This document shows positions 36,784 through 45,363 of a stretch of 64,000 bases of DNA, piece after piece. Each line of letters starts with the position of its first letter. Position 1 is the stretch's first letter. The stretch covers positions 1 to 64,000 of IMG/VR virus record IMGVR_UViG_3300036834_000211; one strand, written 5' to 3'. The stretch is from a virus. The translations under genes were made by a program, and so were the position numbers. The notes under the pieces are model-generated. The model saw only the letters and a program-made list of their open reading frames with translations. It did not search any database and was not told where the DNA came from.

Positions 36784-37392
36784 ATGTCAGAAGAGACCAC
36801 TCAGGTACTTAGGCGGCAATCGAGCCCGGCTCGGGTCGGGGGCTCCCCGCCGGCGGCCGGCACCGACACCGTCACCGTCGCGTGCAAGCTCCCGATGGGT
36901 GTACACATGGTGCTGTACGACGTCATCGTCGAGAAGCTCCGCGACCTCGGTGGCAACGAGCAGGAGTCGTTCAGGTCGTACCCCCGAACCGGCGCACCGA
37001 CCTTCATCCTCAACGGCTGCTCCGTCGACATTGAGAAGATGCGCAAGGGTGAGCTCCCGGATTATACGATCGTCCAAGGCTCCCTGCCCGGCACCGGATT
37101 CGGCCTGACCTCGGGCATCCCGCGGGACTTCTGGGAGGAGTGGACCAGGGCGCCGGAGTTCGCAGACGGCAAGGTGGTCACGCACCCCGGTCCGGGCTAC
37201 GACTTAGTCAAGACGGGCCAGGTGTTCGCCGCCGCAAACGACCAGCGCGCCGCGGCCGAGGCCAAGGAGAAGCGGGATGTCAGGTCCGGCCTGGAGCCGC
37301 TCAACCCGGCTGACCCGGGTCCTCGCGCCGGCCTGCCCACCGGATCAATACGTCAGAGCACGAAGGGTGCCGCGCAGACCCCGGACATCTGA
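36784..37392 (+). CDS. Conserved hypothetical protein downstream of the capsid gene
   Basis: VTVACKLP.G, FGLT.GI..DFWEEW, SGLEPLNP. Confidence 0.7.
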   Translation: MSEETTQVLRRQSSPARVGGSPPAAGTDTVTVACKLPMGVHMVLYDVIVEKLRDLGGNEQESFRSYPRTGAPTFILNGCSVDIEKMRKGELPDYTIVQGSLPGTGFGLTSGIPRDFWEEWTRAPEFADGKVVTHPGPGYDLVKTGQVFAAANDQRAAAEAKEKRDVRSGLEPLNPADPGPRAGLPTGSIRQSTKGAAQTPDI

Positions 37393-37404
37393 TCTTCACC
37401 CAGA

Positions 37405-38148
37405 ATGGCCGACGACAGCAACGGGAGGGTTGATGCGGCGACGCTCCAGCGTCTCGAGAGCGACGTCACCGCATTTCAGAGGTCCCTCCAGCTGCTGCGC
37501 GAGGAGCAGATCACCCAGATCGGCGAACTCACGAGCCTGAAGGCCTCCGTCCAGACCGGCGAGGCCGAGACCAGCGCGGCCATAAAGACCATCAACGGCA
37601 AGCTCGGACCAAACTACACAGCCCTGGCTCTGTACGCCGCCCTGGTGATCGCCGTCGTGCCGGTGGTGTGGCTGATCGTCACCATGTACACTGGAGCGGC
37701 AGTCGACAAGGCGAGCAGCGATCTGACAAACAAGATCACCCCCGCGATCTCGGCGACGCAGGTCAACGGGGAGGCCATCAGGCGCCTGAGCGACGCCGTG
37801 TCGACACTGCAGCAGGTCTCTTCCGGCAGTACCGTCGCAGACGCTGCGTCGAGGGGAGACCGGGCTCAGATCAACGATCGGCTGGGGAAGGTGGAGTCAG
37901 GCCTCGCGAGCGAGGTGGCCGAGCGCCGGGAGTTCGCCGCCTCCGTCAGGGTTGCCGAGGCCGAGATCGAGACCCAGTTCTGTAACGCGGACGCGATACG
38001 CAACCTGATGCACAAGATGGACGCAACTGACATCTCGATAGTGTGGAGGAAGGTCCTTCCCGACTCGCCCATGCCAACTGACAACATGTACTATCCGGTG
38101 CTGTGCCACCGCGGTACCAATCCGACGCAGGCGTCAGATGCGCGATGA
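37405..38148 (+). CDS. Single-pass membrane coiled-coil protein
   Basis: Central TM helix and a C-terminal Cys pair. Confidence 0.65.
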   Translation: MADDSNGRVDAATLQRLESDVTAFQRSLQLLREEQITQIGELTSLKASVQTGEAETSAAIKTINGKLGPNYTALALYAALVIAVVPVVWLIVTMYTGAAVDKASSDLTNKITPAISATQVNGEAIRRLSDAVSTLQQVSSGSTVADAASRGDRAQINDRLGKVESGLASEVAERREFAASVRVAEAEIETQFCNADAIRNLMHKMDATDISIVWRKVLPDSPMPTDNMYYPVLCHRGTNPTQASDAR

Positions 38149-38639
38149 GCCTCCTCTGGAAGGCCATCCTGGGACGGGTCAACAGGCGCGCATTCGACTT
38201 CCCCGGCGCGGCCTACATCGCGATGATCTCGTGGATGCACGTCTCTCAGGCAATCTTCGTGCACCTGGATTCCCGGGCTGCGGACTTCCAGCACCTGCAC
38301 GGTGCGACGGACCTGATCGCCATCTTCTTGGCCTTCCACTACTTCGGCTGGGACATCGATGCCACGTTCCTGCAGGCGTTGATATGCTGCGCGTCCTCGC
38401 TGGCCGTCGTCGGGGTGGTATTCTCGGTCGGGTGGGTTCGCCTGGCCACGTTCGTGCCGCAGCACTTGGTACTCGGCGCGATGGGGTGGGGCGGGGTGCT
38501 GGCGGCCTGGCAAGGTCACTACCTCGACGGTACCCCCATGTCGTGGGGGCACATCGGTGCCGACCAGATCGGCTACATAACTCTATTCATCATCCACTCG
38601 TACGCCATCTGGCGTCGCTGCCGCTGGCAGGACGAGTGA
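38145..38639 (+). CDS. Multi-pass membrane protein
   Basis: ATGA overlap; 4-5 hydrophobic segments. Confidence 0.65.
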   Translation: MSLLWKAILGRVNRRAFDFPGAAYIAMISWMHVSQAIFVHLDSRAADFQHLHGATDLIAIFLAFHYFGWDIDATFLQALICCASSLAVVGVVFSVGWVRLATFVPQHLVLGAMGWGGVLAAWQGHYLDGTPMSWGHIGADQIGYITLFIIHSYAIWRRCRWQDE

Positions 38640-38939
38640 ATGCCGGGCGGGGGCCTGATAGTAGCACTAGTCGGAGCAGGTACGGGTCTGCTGATCTTGT
38701 TCCTGATACTGGGAAGACGAAATTCCACCGCAGTCAGCACCAACGGGTGGCGGGCGACGGTTGCGCAGCAGCACAGGATCGAGGAGCTCACGCGCGAGAA
38801 CTCCAGGTTGAGGAGAGACCTCGTTACCGCGCAGGAGGACGTCATGACCATCAGGAGTGACCTCGCCAGGTCGCAGCAGGATGTGATTCGTTGGCGCCGT
38901 CGGTACGAGCAGGAAGTGAGACGAGGCAGTCCCGGATGA
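38640..38939 (+). CDS. N-anchored coiled-coil membrane protein
   Basis: N-terminal TM helix followed by heptads. Confidence 0.6.
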   Translation: MPGGGLIVALVGAGTGLLILFLILGRRNSTAVSTNGWRATVAQQHRIEELTRENSRLRRDLVTAQEDVMTIRSDLARSQQDVIRWRRRYEQEVRRGSPG

Positions 38940-38952
38940 CGAGGTATGTGAG

Positions 38953-39354
38953 GTGATCGCGCCGACAAACACGTTCGACGTCCTCGGCGACCTGGTCTCC
39001 AGGGTGCGGTGCAAGCCGGGGTGGGACTTCAAGCTGGTCGACGAGGACGGGGCGATGCGCCTGGTGATCACCGTGCGCGGTCGAGACTCGTACGACGAGG
39101 ACCTGCCGATGAACGTGCGACACTTCCTGCCGGTCCCGACGACGACGTACAACGAGAGGAGCTGGCGGCGGTGGGTGTTCGAGCAGTGCAGGCGCGTTGA
39201 GAATCACGAGCTGGGCGAGTGGTTCAGGATCGGCGACGAGCGCCCGTTCGCCCCGCTGCATGGTCCCGGCGAGGATCCGTACACCGTCCACGAGTTCCGC
39301 GACGAGGCGGACGCGCTGACTACCCAGGACGGGTCGATGCGGTCGAGGTCCTAG
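38953..39354 (+). CDS. Hypothetical phage protein
   Basis: GAGG RBS; VENHELGEWF..RPFAPLHGPG. Confidence 0.65.
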   Translation: MIAPTNTFDVLGDLVSRVRCKPGWDFKLVDEDGAMRLVITVRGRDSYDEDLPMNVRHFLPVPTTTYNERSWRRWVFEQCRRVENHELGEWFRIGDERPFAPLHGPGEDPYTVHEFRDEADALTTQDGSMRSRS

Positions 39355-39359
39355 TTTAA

Positions 39360-39866
39360 GTGGGTGCGACCCCGATCACGTTCGACTACGCCAGGTGGAC
39401 CGCGCAGTTCCCGGAGCTGTCAGGCATCTCGTCGTCGGTCATCTACGGCGTTGACGCCTCCGGCCTCCCGTTCGGCTACTGGTCCGACGCGACGATGTTC
39501 GTGAGGAACGACGGCATCGGTCCGGTTGACGACCCGATCATGCTGGCCAACCTACTCTACCTGACCACTGCCCACATCGCCTTCATGTCGTCGCCGCGGA
39601 CCAACGGCGTGCCCACTACCGGTGGGCTCGAGCCACCCCCGCCCATCGTCGGTCGCATCGCCAGCGCCGCGGAGGGGAGCGTCAACGTTGCCACCGAGAT
39701 GCCGGACCAGCTCCCAGCCGCGGCGTGGTGGAACCAGACGCCGTACGGGGCGACGGCGTGGGCCATGCTGAAGCCGTTCCGGACGTTCCGCTACTTCCCC
39801 AGCCGGCGGCGTCGGACCTACAACCCGCCCCGCCGGTACCTGGGCGGCAACTTCGGCTACTGGTGA
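39360..39866 (+). CDS. Head-tail adaptor (DUF4054)
   Basis: FDY..W..QFPEL, LLYL.TAHI, VGRIASAAEGSV, WWNQTPYG. Confidence 0.88.
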   Translation: MGATPITFDYARWTAQFPELSGISSSVIYGVDASGLPFGYWSDATMFVRNDGIGPVDDPIMLANLLYLTTAHIAFMSSPRTNGVPTTGGLEPPPPIVGRIASAAEGSVNVATEMPDQLPAAAWWNQTPYGATAWAMLKPFRTFRYFPSRRRRTYNPPRRYLGGNFGYW

Positions 39867-39882
39867 GGGAGAGATTTGAATT

Positions 39883-40095
39883 ATGCCTATGAATATGTTC
39901 GTACCGTCCCTCGGAGACGTGGTGCTGGGAGTTATCTTTCCCAGGGCTGGCGTACCTAGCACAACGACACTCCTCGGCATCGCCGGGGTGGGCGATATGT
40001 ACGTTAACACGACGGCCGGTCCACCAGCGACACTCTACCTCTGTACCGCTGCGACGCCCACCGCACTGACGTGGGCGTCGGTCAGCGTCCCGTAG
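39883..40095 (+). CDS. Small fibre-tip-like protein
   Basis: AGVP....GVGDMYVNT....LYLC. Confidence 0.55.
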   Translation: MPMNMFVPSLGDVVLGVIFPRAGVPSTTTLLGIAGVGDMYVNTTAGPPATLYLCTAATPTALTWASVSVP

Positions 40096-40109
40096 GACTC
40101 CCCAGTGCC

Positions 40110-40214
40110 TAATCGAGCCTGCGCCAGCCTGCGCGTGTCGTCCAGCTTGACAAAAGGCTTGGTAGCTACCGCTATAGCCTCCGGTACCCCACCGCGCGCA
40201 GCGCACGCGCAGGC
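40110..40214 (+). repeat. Dispersed hairpin repeat, copy 3 (5' half only)
   Basis: TAATCGAGCCTGC, CTGCGCGTG and CCAGCTTGACAAAAGG are shared with other copies. 40127-40137 pairs with 40204-40214. Confidence 0.7.
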
Positions 40215-40223
40215 ACCTGCAAC

Positions 40224-40493
40224 GTGACCGTAGTCTTCAGCAACATCTCCGCGACGACGAGCCCGTTCGTCCTGCCTCCCGGCCAGTACGACATCGACGT
40301 TCACGCGACGTCCTACGGAACGGCGGTGACGTTGCAGAAGCTGGCGGCGGATGGGTCCACGTGGATGACCGCCCTGACAAACTTCGCGGCCGACGGCGTC
40401 ACGCCTGGGGTCTACTTATCTGGCACCTACCGAGTACTCGTCACCGGGGCTAGTGGTATCTATCTCAACATCGCGACGTTGGTTCAGTACTGA
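40224..40493 (+). CDS. Small beta-rich structural protein
   Basis: VTLQKLAADGSTW..., SGTYRV. Confidence 0.6.
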   Translation: MTVVFSNISATTSPFVLPPGQYDIDVHATSYGTAVTLQKLAADGSTWMTALTNFAADGVTPGVYLSGTYRVLVTGASGIYLNIATLVQY

Positions 40494-40506
40494 GGAGATA
40501 GAGAGC

Positions 40507-40731
40507 ATGAAACTGGAAGAGATCGCCGAGATCGTCGGACGCGTCTGCCGGTGTGATCCCGACCGCGCGACCAATGCGGCAGCCGAGATCTTCGAGAAGG
40601 TGACCGCGGCGAGATGCGTCCTCACCGAGACCGTAGGTGAGGCGTCCGTGACGTTCTCCGCCCCCACCGTTGAGGAGCTGTACGGAGTCGCTGACGAGTA
40701 TCGCAGGCGCTATGTCGACCCGGGTACTTGA
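40507..40731 (+). CDS. Hypothetical protein
   Basis: RBS and operon position. Confidence 0.5.
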   Translation: MKLEEIAEIVGRVCRCDPDRATNAAAEIFEKVTAARCVLTETVGEASVTFSAPTVEELYGVADEYRRRYVDPGT

Positions 40732-41167
40732 GGGAGGCGAGAACCTCCGCCGCGCCCTGGCCTCGATCTCCATGGGGATACGACGCGGCGGCTCGCTGAA
40801 GGTCGGCTTCCTGAAAGGCTCCACGTACCCGGACGGCACACCCGTCGCCATGGTTGCCGCTGTCCACAACTACGGTGCCCCCAGCCGCGGCATCCCGCCG
40901 CGCCCGCACGGTAGTAACATGGTGGCGCGATACAGCCCCGAGTGGCCCGATGAGATCAGAGCGCAGCTTAAGGCAACCAACTACGACGCGCGGCTGACCA
41001 TGAACCGGATGGGCGCTCTCATCCGGGGGCAGTGGCAGCAGAGCATCCGCGACGGGCCCTTCGTCCCACTGAAGCCTGCGACGATCCGCGCCAAGGGATT
41101 CGATCAGCCTCTGATCGACAAGGCGCACATGATCAATTCGGTGGCGTTCGAGTACGAGGAGAGGTAA
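40712..41167 (+). CDS. Virion morphogenesis/tail completion protein
   Basis: KVGFL.G.TYPDGTPVAMVAA..NYG..IPPRP; PL.PATI..KGFD.PLID..M.NSV. Confidence 0.85.
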   Translation: MSTRVLEGGENLRRALASISMGIRRGGSLKVGFLKGSTYPDGTPVAMVAAVHNYGAPSRGIPPRPHGSNMVARYSPEWPDEIRAQLKATNYDARLTMNRMGALIRGQWQQSIRDGPFVPLKPATIRAKGFDQPLIDKAHMINSVAFEYEER

Positions 41168-41196
41168 AATAGGACGCTTTCAGTAGGGAGGTCTCG

Positions 41197-41388
41197 ATGT
41201 CGTCGATCGTATATGATTTCCGCAACATGGAAGACTTCGCGGTGAAGAAGCCGGTCTACCTGTCTGACTTCGTCTCGATCCGACACAAGATCAACGAGCT
41301 GCTCAAGACCAGACTCGTCCCGGACGCCGCCGCGTCGCTGCACCCCGGCCTCGACCTCATCCTGCCCGGGACGTCGTCCGAGACGTGA
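41197..41388 (+). CDS. Hypothetical protein
   Basis: GGAGG RBS. Confidence 0.5.
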   Translation: MSSIVYDFRNMEDFAVKKPVYLSDFVSIRHKINELLKTRLVPDAAASLHPGLDLILPGTSSET

Positions 41389-41447
41389 GGCCTACCGCCT
41401 TCGCCGAGGCCCTCGCCTCGGTCCTCTCCCCCGCCGATGGGACGGAC

Positions 41448-42209
41448 GTGAACCTGCACAGCATCGTCGCGCCCGTCGTCGGGGCCGTCAACGAGAATCA
41501 GATCGTCACGCTGATGCAGAATGTGAGATTCGTGACGAACGTCGACTTCTCGCGCTCTCCCGTCTACTCGACGTTCCGGATGAGGGCGCAGGTGCAGGGT
41601 CTGCAGTCCGACGACATCCGGGTCCTCAACGGCCTGGGCATCCAGGGAGAGCGCCGGAAGGTCTACCTGTGGGGGGCGTGGACCGGCATGGTCCGCAGCC
41701 TGCAGAAGGGCAACGACCTGATGATCCGCCCCGACGGCAGCCTGTGGAAGGTGGCCCACGTGTTCGAGGACTACGGGCACAACCTCGTCGGCACGGGTGG
41801 GTGGTGCAGCGTCGCTGCCGTACTGCAGAACCCGACGAGCGAGGACTACTACGTACCGAGACCACCAGGGCCAGATGACGTGACAACCATAAGCCTGACT
41901 TCCAGCTACAACGTGGCGTTCGCGGACAGCGGGACGTACTTCGACAACGACGCGGTCTCCGTACCGATCACCGCGACGCTCCCGCCGCCGTCGCCGGGTC
42001 TGAACTACCACTTCACCGTCACTAGCGCGCAGCTCTTCCAGATTAAGGCGTCGGCCGGGGTCTCGATAGCGATCGGTACGGTGGAGAGCGTGCCGGGCGG
42101 CAGCCTGAGCTCCAATTTTCTGTACTCGTCGGTCTACATCTACGCGCCGTCGGGAGTGAGTAACCAGTGGGTCGCCGAGAGCGAGACAGGAGGATGGGAT
42201 GTTAACTAG
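41448..42209 (+). CDS. Head closure protein with extra C-terminal fibre-type domain
   Basis: MNLHSIV..VGAVN, AQVQGL..DD..LNGLGIQG, VR..QKGNDL; extension SYNV..ADSG..TLP. Confidence 0.75.
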   Translation: MNLHSIVAPVVGAVNENQIVTLMQNVRFVTNVDFSRSPVYSTFRMRAQVQGLQSDDIRVLNGLGIQGERRKVYLWGAWTGMVRSLQKGNDLMIRPDGSLWKVAHVFEDYGHNLVGTGGWCSVAAVLQNPTSEDYYVPRPPGPDDVTTISLTSSYNVAFADSGTYFDNDAVSVPITATLPPPSPGLNYHFTVTSAQLFQIKASAGVSIAIGTVESVPGGSLSSNFLYSSVYIYAPSGVSNQWVAESETGGWDVN

Positions 42210-43008
42210 CAAGATGAGGGTACTGCGGGCCGCGGGCGCGGTACTCGCGCTGGTACTGGCCCCCCTGGGGGCAGACGCGGCCACGTCGCTCGTGGGTCCG
42301 ATCCAGACCTACTCCTGCACGAATCAGGTGGCGACGGCGCTCGCCTCGGGCACCGCCGCGACGACCTGCTCGAACGTTACGGCAGCCATGTTCGGCTCGG
42401 CCATCGGTGCGGGCACGCTCTTCGGGAATCCGACGGGCTCAGCCGGGGCTCCGAGCTTCACGGCCGCGCCGGTCCTCGGCGTTGCCTCGACCACCGCCGG
42501 CACCCTGGGCCTCGCCAGCTCGACGCAGTCCGGGATCGTGCAGTTGGAGAACACGGGTGCCACCGCGTCCTGGCACCTGGACTTCCCGGCTACCGCCGGC
42601 TCCTCCAACGGCCAGGTGATGACGTGGCAGGGCGTCGACACCCCAATGACGTGGCAGAGCGTCGCGCTCGCCGCGGTGCCTATCCTCGTCGAGACGACGG
42701 GACCGGTGACGCTGACCAGCGCCCTCGACCGGACGGTATTCTACACGACTACCGCCGCCGTGACGTTTAACCTGACCGGCTCGGTAGTAGCCGGCGACAA
42801 CTGGTGCTTCGTCCAGACCTCCTCCAACGCCTGGACCCTCGCGGCCAACAGCGTTACCGGCATGACGATCACGGTGGCCAACTCTCCCGGTACCGCCACG
42901 ACGGGTACGCTGGTGTCGGGGGCGGCTGGCAGCCTGGTCTGCATCGACATGATCACGGCGACCAACGCCCAGGCGTACACGAGCAACGGCGCTGTGACGA
43001 ATAACTGA
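42199..43008 (+). CDS. Signal-peptide-bearing fibre-like protein
   Basis: RVLRAAGAVLALVLAPLGADA|A; segments similar to the 2..2584 protein. Confidence 0.7.
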   Translation: MLTSKMRVLRAAGAVLALVLAPLGADAATSLVGPIQTYSCTNQVATALASGTAATTCSNVTAAMFGSAIGAGTLFGNPTGSAGAPSFTAAPVLGVASTTAGTLGLASSTQSGIVQLENTGATASWHLDFPATAGSSNGQVMTWQGVDTPMTWQSVALAAVPILVETTGPVTLTSALDRTVFYTTTAAVTFNLTGSVVAGDNWCFVQTSSNAWTLAANSVTGMTITVANSPGTATTGTLVSGAAGSLVCIDMITATNAQAYTSNGAVTNN

Positions 43009-43520
43009 TGCGATACTCCCTATCCTACTGCCTGCTGGTCCTAGTCATCGTGTGGGGCGTAGGCGCGCACGCGCAGCAGCAGCCCCCGGGACAGGACATG
43101 TGCGCCGGACCCCTCCCGTACCAGGCCGACGCCCTCGTCGACCAGCGATTTCGGCTCCAGTGCTCCATCCAGAAGCTCATCGCCGAGCGAGCCGACGCCG
43201 AGAACCGCGCGACCGCCGCGGAGGTTCAGACCTCGGTCGAGGCGGCACACGCCAAGGCCCAGACGGACGCGCTCGACGCGGCGAATAAGAAATCCGCCGA
43301 GACGAGCGAGTACTGGAAGTTATACGTCGAGGGAGCCGACGCGCAGATAGTCGAGGACAACGAGAAGATCAAGGAGCTGTCCACCGAACTCTCCGAGGCC
43401 AGGAAGCGAGTTGAGATGTATACTCCGAGATTGACGTCGGCCGTCGACGCGTCGTGCTCCTGGCGCGGAGCGCTCAACGAGCCCACCGCGAGGATGTGTA
43501 GACTGTGGCAGAAGAGATGA
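43008..43520 (+). CDS. Secreted coiled-coil protein (spanin-like architecture, uncertain)
   Basis: LLVLVIVWGVGAHA|Q, long heptad region, Cys pairs. Confidence 0.6.
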   Translation: MRYSLSYCLLVLVIVWGVGAHAQQQPPGQDMCAGPLPYQADALVDQRFRLQCSIQKLIAERADAENRATAAEVQTSVEAAHAKAQTDALDAANKKSAETSEYWKLYVEGADAQIVEDNEKIKELSTELSEARKRVEMYTPRLTSAVDASCSWRGALNEPTARMCRLWQKR

Positions 43521-44404
43521 GTTCAAGATTGCGCGGCGCGCTCGCCCTCCTCTGCTCCCTCCTCTGCTCCCTCCTCTGCTCCCTCGCGTGGTCGATCGCG
43601 TGGTCGATCGCGTCGGCCAGCGCCGGGACGTTCGTGTCCGGCCCCGCCGTCCTCGGCATCCAGAACACTCTGTCGGCGTGGAGCAGCGCTACGACGGTCA
43701 ACTCGACGCAGACCATCTTCTCGTCAGCCGGAGCTGCCGTCGCCGTTGTCCAGACCGACACTACATCTACGGTGACCGGGGGCGCGATTAGCTTCCAGGT
43801 GTCCTACGACGGCACGAACTGGGTTACCGTCGCTGCGGATCAGGTCCTCGACCCGGCTTCTGCTAACCTCGCGCAGATCTCGCTCCCCTACACGCTAGTT
43901 GCGAGCACGAACAAGACGTTCCTGATCCTGCCGCACGGCGCGCAGGGATTGCGGATCATCCTGACGACCGCGATCACCGGCACCGCCACGCTGACGCCGT
44001 ACTACGCGCTCTCCGGCACGCCCGGAGTCTACGAGGTAATCGATCCGGCCAACACCGCGGCCAACCCCGACTACGTCGCCCCGGGGACCGGGCAGACCTT
44101 CCCGATCGGCCCGCCGCCAGCCGCCGCCCGCAACACGCCGGGCTGCACGGTAGGCACGTCCTCGGCCCAGTGCCTCGCGGCGTCCACCGCCGTCTCCTTC
44201 CTGCAACTCCAGAACACTTCCGCGTCTGCTAACATCGCCTGTAACATCGTCGGCGGCACCGCCGTGCTCAACAGCAGTACCTCCGTCCAGCTCGGGGCCG
44301 GTCAGTCGGCGAGCTGGGGCGAGGGTACCGGGGGAGTTCCGTCCGGTGCGATCAACTGCATAGCTAGCGCCGCGTCCACGCCGCTCTACGTGGAGTGGAA
44401 GTGA
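43517..44404 (+). CDS. Signal-peptide-bearing beta-rich structural-like protein
   Basis: ..ASASA|G; FQVSYDGTNW; LQLQNTS...GAINCIA. Confidence 0.7.
   Translation: MSSRLRGALALLCSLLCSLLCSLAWSIAWSIASASAGTFVSGPAVLGIQNTLSAWSSATTVNSTQTIFSSAGAAVAVVQTDTTSTVTGGAISFQVSYDGTNWVTVAADQVLDPASANLAQISLPYTLVASTNKTFLILPHGAQGLRIILTTAITGTATLTPYYALSGTPGVYEVIDPANTAANPDYVAPGTGQTFPIGPPPAAARNTPGCTVGTSSAQCLAASTAVSFLQLQNTSASANIACNIVGGTAVLNSSTSVQLGAGQSASWGEGTGGVPSGAINCIASAASTPLYVEWK
43547..43613 (+). repeat. In-frame 12-bp tandem repeats in a signal peptide
   Basis: CTCCTCTGCTCC x3, then GCGTGGTCGATC x2. Confidence 0.9.
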
Positions 44405-45363
44405 TGCCGCGCTCGATCGTCCTTGCCGTCCTCCTCTGCTCAGTGGCGGCGAGCGCTCTTGCCCAGATCGGACCGCCCCCCGGTGGGGGAGGCAGTGGCA
44501 TCTCGGGCCTGACGAACAACGTCGTGCCGAAGTCGAACTCCGCGGGGACTAACATCGTCAACGGGGCGGCTACCGACACGGGCAATACGTTCCAGGTCGC
44601 CGAGGGAGCCCTCGAGACCCCGGTCGCCCTCACCGACGGCTCGACGGTCGCGGTCAACTGCTACCTGTCGAACAACTTCACACTACAGCTCACGGCTAGC
44701 GGACACACGATCTCGAATCCGACCAACTGCACGGCCGGACAGCGACTCGACTTTCTGGTGCAGCAGCCGGCGTCCGGCGGACCCTACACGGTGTCGTGGG
44801 GCGCGGCCTACGTGTGGGTCGCCAGCGCCCCGGTGCTCAACACCGGCGCGAGCGCCTACACCGAAGCGGTGTGTAAGATCACTGCCACGACCCCGACAAT
44901 GATCTGCTACGCCCATGTCAACGGGGCCACCGGTGCGGCGTCAGTCGCGGCCCCTGCCGCGCCCGCGAGCACGTCTGCGTACCAGGCCCAGGGACTGTCG
45001 AGCGGTACCACGATCATCACACCTGTGACGACTGGCAACGTGGCGGTCACGATCTCGGGCACCTGCGAGACGACGGTGACGACGGTGACGGACGGCGCCC
45101 AGTTCTACATCATGCACGGGACCGGCAACGGAAACGCGAACGGCTCGACGACCCTCGGGACGCAGGACGGATCGGTCGAGCCGTGCCAGCCTGGTACGAC
45201 CCTGACGGCTGCGGCGGACTGGAAGTCACCCTGGTCGAAGACCTGGGTGGTGACGGGGCTGACGGTCGGGACCGCGTACTACTTCGACCTCGCCGGAGAG
45301 GCGATAGGGGCGTCGGCGGTCAAGCTCGTCAATGTGGACGTCGCCGCTTACGAGATCCAATGA
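44404..45363 (+). CDS. Signal-peptide-bearing tail fibre-like protein
   Basis: MPRSIVLAVLLCSVAASALA|Q; LTDGSTVAVN..NNFTL.L...TISNPTN..AGQ...QQ fibre domain. Confidence 0.75.
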   Translation: MPRSIVLAVLLCSVAASALAQIGPPPGGGGSGISGLTNNVVPKSNSAGTNIVNGAATDTGNTFQVAEGALETPVALTDGSTVAVNCYLSNNFTLQLTASGHTISNPTNCTAGQRLDFLVQQPASGGPYTVSWGAAYVWVASAPVLNTGASAYTEAVCKITATTPTMICYAHVNGATGAASVAAPAAPASTSAYQAQGLSSGTTIITPVTTGNVAVTISGTCETTVTTVTDGAQFYIMHGTGNGNANGSTTLGTQDGSVEPCQPGTTLTAAADWKSPWSKTWVVTGLTVGTAYYFDLAGEAIGASAVKLVNVDVAAYEIQ

